Below, piece by piece: positions 56,401 to 64,000 of a DNA stretch of 64,000 nt; within the stretch, counting starts at the first letter, position 1; every line of letters starts with the position of its first letter. The stretch is taken from NCBI RefSeq assembly GCF_964355755.1, contig NC_092677.1, forward strand, positions 16,142,101 through 16,206,100, written 5' to 3'. The translations under genes were made by a program, and so were the position numbers. The DNA is from Antedon mediterranea. Taxonomy: Eukaryota; Animalia; Echinodermata. The notes under the pieces were generated by a model. That model saw only the letters and a list, made by a program, of their open reading frames with translations, did no database searches and had not been told where the DNA came from.

Positions 56401-59400
56401 GTAACGTTTTAAAATGGCGTAAAATGATAGCTAGACGGCATGGACCGGGGCAAGTGGTATTTTTCTGAATTGACTGGACCCTACTTGCCCCAACCCATGT
56501 ATCGTCATCCCGGTCCATGCCGTTTATAACGTAATTATAGCCCTATACATCAAACGTTTACATTGCATTTTTTATGAAAACCTTAAATTGTAGTAACGTT
56601 TTAAAATGGCGTAAAATGACAGCTAGACGGCATGGACCGGGGTAAGAGGTATTTTTCTGAAATGACTGGACACTACTCGCCCCAACCCATGTATCGTCAT
56701 CCCGGTCCATGCCGTTTATAACGTAATTATAGCCCTATAAATCATACGTTTACATTGCATTTTTTATGAAAACCTTAAATTGTAGTAACGTTTTAAAATG
56801 GCGTAAAATGACAGCTAGACGGCATGGACCGGGGTAAGAGGTATTTTTCTGAAATAACTGGACCCTACTCGCCCCAACCCATGTATCGTCATCCCGGTCT
56901 ATGCCGTTTATAACGTAATTATAGCCCTATATTTTATCCATTTATATTGCAATTTTTATAAAAACGTGAAATTGTAGTAAGGTTTTAAAATGGCGTGAAA
57001 TGGCAGCTAGACGGCATGGACCGGGGTAAGAGGTATTTTTCTGAAATAACTGGACCCTACTAGCCCCAACCCATGTATCGTCATCCCGGTCCATGCCGTT
57101 TATAACGTATTTATAGCCCTATAAATCATTCGGTTATATTGCATTTTTTATTTTTAAAAATTAAATTGTAGGACCGGTAACGTTTTAAAATGGCGTAAAA
57201 TGACAGCTAGACGGCATGGACCGGGGCAAGTGGTATTTTTCTGAAATGACTGGACCCTACTCGCCCCAACCCATGTATCGCCATTCCGGTCCATGCCGTT
57301 TATAACGTAATTATAGCCCTATATATCATTCGGTTATATTGCATTTTTTATTTAAAAAAACGTTAAATTGTAGTAACGTTTTAAAATGGCGTAAAATGAC
57401 AGCTAGAAGGCATGGACCGAGGCAAGTGGTATTTTTCTGAAACGACAGGACCCTACTAGCCCCAACCCATGTATCGTCATGCCGGTCCATGCCGTTTATC
57501 ACGTAAATATAGCCCTATAAATCATCCGGTTATATTGCATTTTTTATTTAAAAAAAATTAAATTGTAGTAACAGTAACGTTTTAAAATGGCTTAAAATGA
57601 CAGCTAGACGGCATGGACCGGGGCAAGTGGTATTTTTCTGAAATGAATGGACCCTATTCGCCCCAACCCATGTATCGTTATCCCGGTCCATGCCGTTTAT
57701 AACGTAATTATAGGCCTATATATCATCCTGTTATATTGCATTTTTTATTTAAAAAAACGTTAAATTGTAGTAACGTTTGGAAATGGCGTAAAATTATAGC
57801 TAGACGGCATGGACCGGGGCAAGTGGTATTTCCTGAATTGACTGGACCCTACTTGCCCCAACCGATGTATCGTCATCCCGGTCCATGCCGTTTATAACGT
57901 AATTATAGCCCTATAAATCATACGTTTATAGTGCATTTTTTATTTTTAAAAACCTTAAATTGTAGTAACCTTTTAAAATGGCGTAGAATGACAGCTAGAC
58001 GGCATGGACCGGGGCAAGTGGTACTTTTCTATAATGACTGGACCCTACTCGCACCAACCCATGTATCGTCATCCCGGTCCATGCCGTTTATAACGTAATT
58101 ATAGCCCTATATATCATCCGGTTATGTTGCATTTTTTGTAAAAAAAGTTAAATTGTAGTAACGTTTTAAAATGGCGTGAAATGGCCGCTAGACGGCATGG
58201 ACCGGGTCAAGTGGTATTTTTCTGAAACAACTGGACCCTACTAGCCCCAACCCATGTATCGTCATTCCGGTCCATGCCGTTTATAACGTAATTATAGCCC
58301 TATAAACCATTCGGTTATATTGCATTTTTTATTTAAAAAAAACGTTAAATTGTAGTAACGTTTTAAAATGGCGTAAAATGATAGCTAGACGGCATGGACC
58401 GGGGCAAGTGGTATTTTTCTGAATTGACTGGACCCTACTTGCCCCAACCCATGTATCGTCATCCCGGTCCATGCCATTTATAACGTAATTATAGCCCTAT
58501 AAATCATATGTTTACATTGCATTTTTTATGAAAACCTTAAATTGTAGTAACGTTTTAAAATGGCGTATAATGACAGCTAGACGGCATGGACCGGGGTAAG
58601 AGGTATATTTCTGAAATAACTGGACCCTACTAGCCCCAACCCATGTATCGTCATCCCGGTCCATGCCGTTTATAACGTATTTATAGCCCTATAAATCATT
58701 CGGTTATATTGCATTTTTTATTTTTAAAAATTAAATTGTAGGACCGGTAACGTTTTAAAATGGCGTAAAATGACAGCTAGACGGCATGGACCGGGGCAAG
58801 TGGTATTTTTCTGAAATGACTGGACCCTACTCGCCCCAACCCATGTATCGTCATTCCGGTCCATGCCGTTTATAACGTAATTATAGCCCTATATATCATC
58901 CTGTTATATTGAATTTTTTTTTTTTTAAAACGTTAAATTGTAGTAACGTTTTAAAATGGCGTAAAATGACAGCTACACGGCATGGACCGAGGCAAGTGGT
59001 ATTTTTCTGAAACGACAGGACCCTACTAGCCCCAACCCATGTATCGTCATCCCGGTCCATGCCGTTTATCACGTAATTATAGCCCTATAAATCATCCGGT
59101 TATATTGCATTTTTTATTTAAAAAAAATTAAATTGTAGTAACAGTAACGTTTTAAAATGGCTTAAAATGACAGCTAGACGGCATGGACCGGGGCAAGTGG
59201 TATTTTTCTGAAATGAATGGACCCTATTCGCCCCAACCCATGTATCGTTATCCCGGTCCATGCCGTTTATAACGTAATTATAGCCCTATATATCATCCTG
59301 TTATATTGCATTTTTTATTTAAAAAAACGTTAAATTGTAGTAACGTTTTGAAATGGCGTAAAATGATAGCTAGACGGCATGGACCGGGGCAAGTGGTATT

Positions 59401-62400
59401 TCCTGAATTGACTGGACCCTACTTGCCCCAACCGATGTATCGTCATCCCGGTCCATGCCGTTTATAACGTAATTATAGCCCTATAAATCATACGTTTATA
59501 GTGCATTTTTTATTTTTAAAAACCTTAAATTGTAGTAACCTTTTAAAATGGCGTAGAATGACAGCTAGACGGCATGGACCGGGGCAAGTGGTACTTTTCT
59601 ATAATGACTGGACCCTACTCGCACCAACCCATGTATCGTCATCCCGGTCCATGCCGTTTATAACGTAATTATAGCCCTATATATCATCCGGTTATGTTGC
59701 ATTTTTTGTAAAAAAAGTTAAATTGTAGTAACGTTTTAAAATGGCGTGAAATGGCCGCTAGACGGCATGGACCGGGTCAAGTGGTATTTTTCTGAAACAA
59801 CTGGACCCTACTAGCCCCAACCCATGTATCGTCATTCCGGTCCATGCCGTTTATAACGTAATTATAGCCCTATAAACCATTCGGTTATATTGCATTTTTT
59901 ATTTAAAAAAAACGTTAAATTGTAGTAACGTTTTAAAATGGCGTAAAATGATAGCTAGACGGCATGGACCGGGGCAAGTGGTATTTTTCTGAATTGACTG
60001 GACCCTACTTGCCCCAACCCATGTATCGTCATCCCGGTCCATGCCATTTATAACGTAATTATAGCCCTATAAATCATATGTTTACATTGCATTTTTTATG
60101 AAAACCTTAAATTGTAGTAACGTTTTAAAATGGCGTATAATGACAGCTAGACGGCATGGACCGGGGTAAGAGGTATATTTCTGAAATAACTGGACCCTAC
60201 TAGCCCCAACCCATGTATCGTCATCCCGGTCCATGCCGTTTATAACGTATTTATAGCCCTATAAATCATTCGGTTATATTGCATTTTTTATTTTTAAAAA
60301 TTAAATTGTAGGACCGGTAACGTTTTAAAATGGCGTAAAATGACAGCTAGACGGCATGGACCGGGGCAAGTGGTATTTTTCTGAAATGACTGGACCCTAC
60401 TCGCCCCAACCCATGTATCGTCATTCCGGTCCATGCCGTTTATAACGTAATTATAGCCCTATATATCATCCTGTTATATTGAATTTTTTTTTTAAAAAAA
60501 CGTTAAATTGTAGTAACGTTTTAAAATGGCGTAAAATGACAGCTAGACGGCATGGACCAAGGCAAGTGGTATTTTTCTGAAACGACAGGACCCTACTAGC
60601 CCCAACCCATGTATCGTCATCCCGGTCCATGCCGTTTATCACGTAATTATAGCCCTATAAATCATCCGGTTATATTGCATTTTTTATTTAAAAAAAATTA
60701 AATTGTAGTAACAGTAACGTTTTAAAATGGCTTAAAATGACAGCTAGACGGCATGGACCGGGGCAAGTGGTATTTTTCTGAAATGAATGGACCCTATTCG
60801 CCCCAACCCATGTATCGTTATCCTGGTCCATGCCGTTTATAACGTAATTATAGCCCTATATATCATCCTGTTATATTCCATTTTTTATTTAAAAAAACGT
60901 TAAATTGTAGTAACGTTTTGAAATGGCGTAAAATGATAGCTAGACGGCATGGACCGGGGCAAGTGGTATTTCCTGAATTGACTGGACCCTACTTGCCCCA
61001 ACCGATGTATCGTCATCCCGGTCCATGCCGTTTATAACGTAATTATAGCCCTATAAATCATACGTTTATAGTGCATTTTTTATTTTTAAAAACCTTAAAT
61101 TGTAGTAACCTTTTAAAATGGCGTAAAATGACAGCTAGACGGCATGGACCGGGGCAAGTGGTACTTTTCTATAATGACTGGACCCCACTCGCACCAACCC
61201 ATGTATCGTCATCCCGGTCCATGCCGTTTATAACGTAATTATAGCCCTATATATCATCCGGTTATGTTGCATTTTTTATAAAAAAAGTTAAATTGTAGTA
61301 ACGTTTTAAAATGGCGTGAAATGGCCGCTAGACGGCATGGACCGGGTCAAGTGGTATTTTTCTGAAACAACTGGACCCTACTAGCCCCAACCCATGTATC
61401 GTCATTCCGGTCCATGCCGTTTATAACGTAATTATAGCCCTATAAACCATTCGGTTATATTGCATTTTTTATTAAAAAAAACGTTAAATTGTAGTAACGT
61501 TTTAAAATGGCGTAAAATGATAGCTAGACGGCATGGACCGGGGCAAGTGGTATTTTTCTGAATTGACTGGACCCTACTTGCCCCAACCCATGTATCGTCA
61601 TCCCGGTCCATGCCGTTTATAACGTAATTATAGCCCTATAAATCATATGTTTACATTGCATTTTTTATGAAAACCTTAAATTGTAGTAACGTTTTAAAAT
61701 GGCGTATAATGACAGCTAGACGGCATGGACCGGGGTAAGAGGTATTTTTCTTAAATGACTGGACCCTACTCGCCCCAACCCATGTATCGTCATCCCGGTC
61801 CATGCCGTTTATAACGTAATTATAGCCCTATATTTCATTAGGTTATATTGCATTTTTTTATAAAAACGTTAAATTGTAGTAAGGTTTTAAAATGGCGTGA
61901 AATGGCAGCTAGACGGCATGGACCGGGTCAAGTGGTATTTTTCTGAAACTACTGGACCCTACTAGCCCCAACCCATGTATCGTCATCCCGGTCCATGCCG
62001 TTTATAACGTAATTATAGCCCTATAAATCATTCGGTTATATTGCATTTTGTATTTAAAAAAATTAAATTGTAGTAACAGTAACGTTTTAAAATGGCTTAA
62101 AATGACAGCTAGACGGCATGGACCGGGGCAAGTGGTATTTTTCTGAAATGAATGGACCCTACTCGCCCCAACCCATGTATCGTTATCCCGGTCCATGCCG
62201 TTTATAACGTAATTATAGCCCTATCATCCTGTTATATTGCATTTTTTATTTAAAAAAACGTTAAATTGTAGTAACGTTTTGAAATGGCGTAAAATGATAG
62301 CTAGACGGCATGGACCGGGGCAAGTGGTATTTTTCTGAATTGACTGAACCCTACTTGCCCCAACCGATGTATCGTCATCCCGTTCCATGCCGTTTATAAC

Positions 62401-63780
62401 GTAATTATAGCCCTATAAATCATTCGGTTATATTGCATTTTTTATATAAAAAAAACGTTAAATTGTAGTAACGTTTTAAAATGGCGTAAAATGATAGCTA
62501 GACGGCATGGACCGGGGCAAGTGGTATTTTTCTGAATTGACTGGACCCTACTTGCCCCAACCCATGTATCGTCATCCCGGTCCATGCCGTTTATAACGTA
62601 ATTATAGCCCTATACATCATACGTTTACATTGCATTTTTTATGAAAACCTTAAATTGTAGTAACGTTTTAAAATGGCGTAAAATGACAGCTAGACGGCAT
62701 GGACCGGGGTAAGAGGTTTTTTCTGAAATGACTGGACCCTACTCGCCCCAACCCATGTATCGTCATCCCGGTCCATGCCGTTTATAACGTAATTATAGCC
62801 CTATAAATTATACGTTTACATTGCATTTTTTATGAAAACCTTAAATTGTAGTAACGTTTTAAAATGGCGTATAATGACAGCTAGACGGCATGGACCGGGG
62901 TAAGAGGTATTTTTCTGAAATAACTGGACCCTACTCGCCCCAACCCATGTATCGTCATCCCGGTCCATGCCGTTTATAACGTAATTATAGCCCTATATTT
63001 CATCCGGTTATATTGCAATTTTTATAAAAACGTGAAATTGTAGTAAGGTTTTAAAATGGCGTGAAATGGCAGCTAGACGGCATGGACCGGGGTAAGAGGT
63101 ATTTTTCTGAAATAACTGGACCCTACTAGCCCCAACCCATGTATCGTCAACCCGGTCCATGCCGTTTATAACGTATTTATAGCCCTATAAATCATTCGGT
63201 TATATTGCATTTTTTATTTTTAAAAATTAATTTGTAGGACCGGTAACGTTTTAAAATGGCGTCAAATGACAGCTAGACGGCATGGACCGGGGCAAGTGGT
63301 ATTTTTCTGAAATGACTGGACCCTACTCGCCCCAACCCATGTATCGTCATTCCGATCCATGCCGTTTATAACGTAATTATAGCCCTATATATCATTCTGT
63401 TATATTGAATTTTTTATTTAAAAAAACGTTAAATTGTAGTAACGTTTTAAAATGGCATAAAATGACAGCTAGACGGCATGGACCGAGGCAAGTGGTATTT
63501 TTCTGAAACGTCAGGACCCTACTAGCCCCAACCCATGTATCGTCATCCCGGTCCATGCCGTTTATCACGTAATTATAGCCCTATAAATCATCCGGTTATA
63601 TTGCATTTTTTATTTTTAAAAACGTTAAATTGTAGTAAGGTTTTAAAATGGCGTAAAATGACAGCTAGACGGCATGGACCGGGGCAAGTGGTATTTTTCT
63701 GAAACGACTGGACCCTACTAGCCCGAACCCATGTATCGTCATCCCGGTCCATGCCGTTTATAACGAAGTTATAGCCCTAT
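50437..63780 (-). repeat. Right arm: ~68 copies of the same monomer, inverted
   Basis: TTATAGCCCT (reverse complement) recurs with the same period from ~50478 to ~63780. Confidence 0.97.
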
Positions 63781-63944
63781 AAATCATAGCCCTAGTTAAT
63801 CTAAGCCGTAAGTATAAAATCATTTAATTAAAATATTACACATATTGCGCCCCATACATGTGAATGTGAATGTCGAATAAGGATCCAACTTCACAAAAAA
63901 AATTGAATATCGAATAAGGAATAAGTAACCAACTTCACGCCGGT
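63778..63944 (-). repeat. Right unique terminal inverted repeat
   Basis: Mirror of 43574-43740, followed immediately by the TSD TAGTTTGAT. Confidence 0.93.
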
Positions 63945-64000
63945 TAGTTTGATAATATTTCTATATTTAAAGACACCTTCCCTACAATTTGTGACGTTTT

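Larger units (their letters stand above)
43574..63944. mobile_element. Giant non-autonomous Foldback/MULE-like element (20,371 bp) with satellite-like inverted arms
   Basis: 9-bp TSD TAGTTTGAT at 43565-43573 and 63945-63953; termini ACCGGCGTGAAG.../...CTTCACGCCGGT; ~170-bp near-identical unique TIRs; interior entirely tandem monomers that invert at ~50436. Confidence 0.9.

Noticed and set aside
54955-62196. Repeated 64-aa ORFs (MDRDNDTWVGA...)
   Set aside because: Chance open frames in particular monomer variants; most monomers are frameshifted by variable A/T tracts.
43740-63780. CRISPR-like array (conserved palindromic repeat with intervening sequence)
   Set aside because: The intervening sequences are near-identical rather than unique spacers, the context is eukaryotic, and there are no cas genes.
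43574-63944. Pure sequencing or assembly foldback artefact
   Set aside because: Arms differ in length and variants, flanks are unique on both sides, and a clean 9-bp TSD is present. Exact copy number could still be misassembled.

Overview
AT-rich, intron-rich animal genomic DNA. An invertebrate deuterostome (probably an echinoderm) is inferred from Deu/Nin-domain SINEs and TAGGCCTA-rich first introns; this is not proven. The + strand carries 22 phase-consistent coding exons (11281-37346) of a Roundabout (Robo) receptor, from Ig2 to the stop codon, with an apparently duplicated second FN3 domain (4 FN3 instead of 3). The - strand carries a compact 3-exon SmB/SNRPB gene (41623-42701), probably head-to-head with an unidentified gene. 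The most striking structure is a 20.4-kb non-coding foldback element (43574-63944). It has a 9-bp TSD, ~170-bp unique TIRs, and two inverted arms of ~100 hairpin-containing ~195-bp monomers, partly arranged as ~1570-bp 8-mer higher-order repeats, that meet at a ~30-nt loop. The Robo introns also hold a 5.3-kb tandem-repeat-filled CCC...GGG TIR element, a non-autonomous Helitron, Penelope-type inverted pLTR remnants with a degenerate minimal hammerhead, tRNA-derived SINEs and several MITEs. All coordinates were read by eye.
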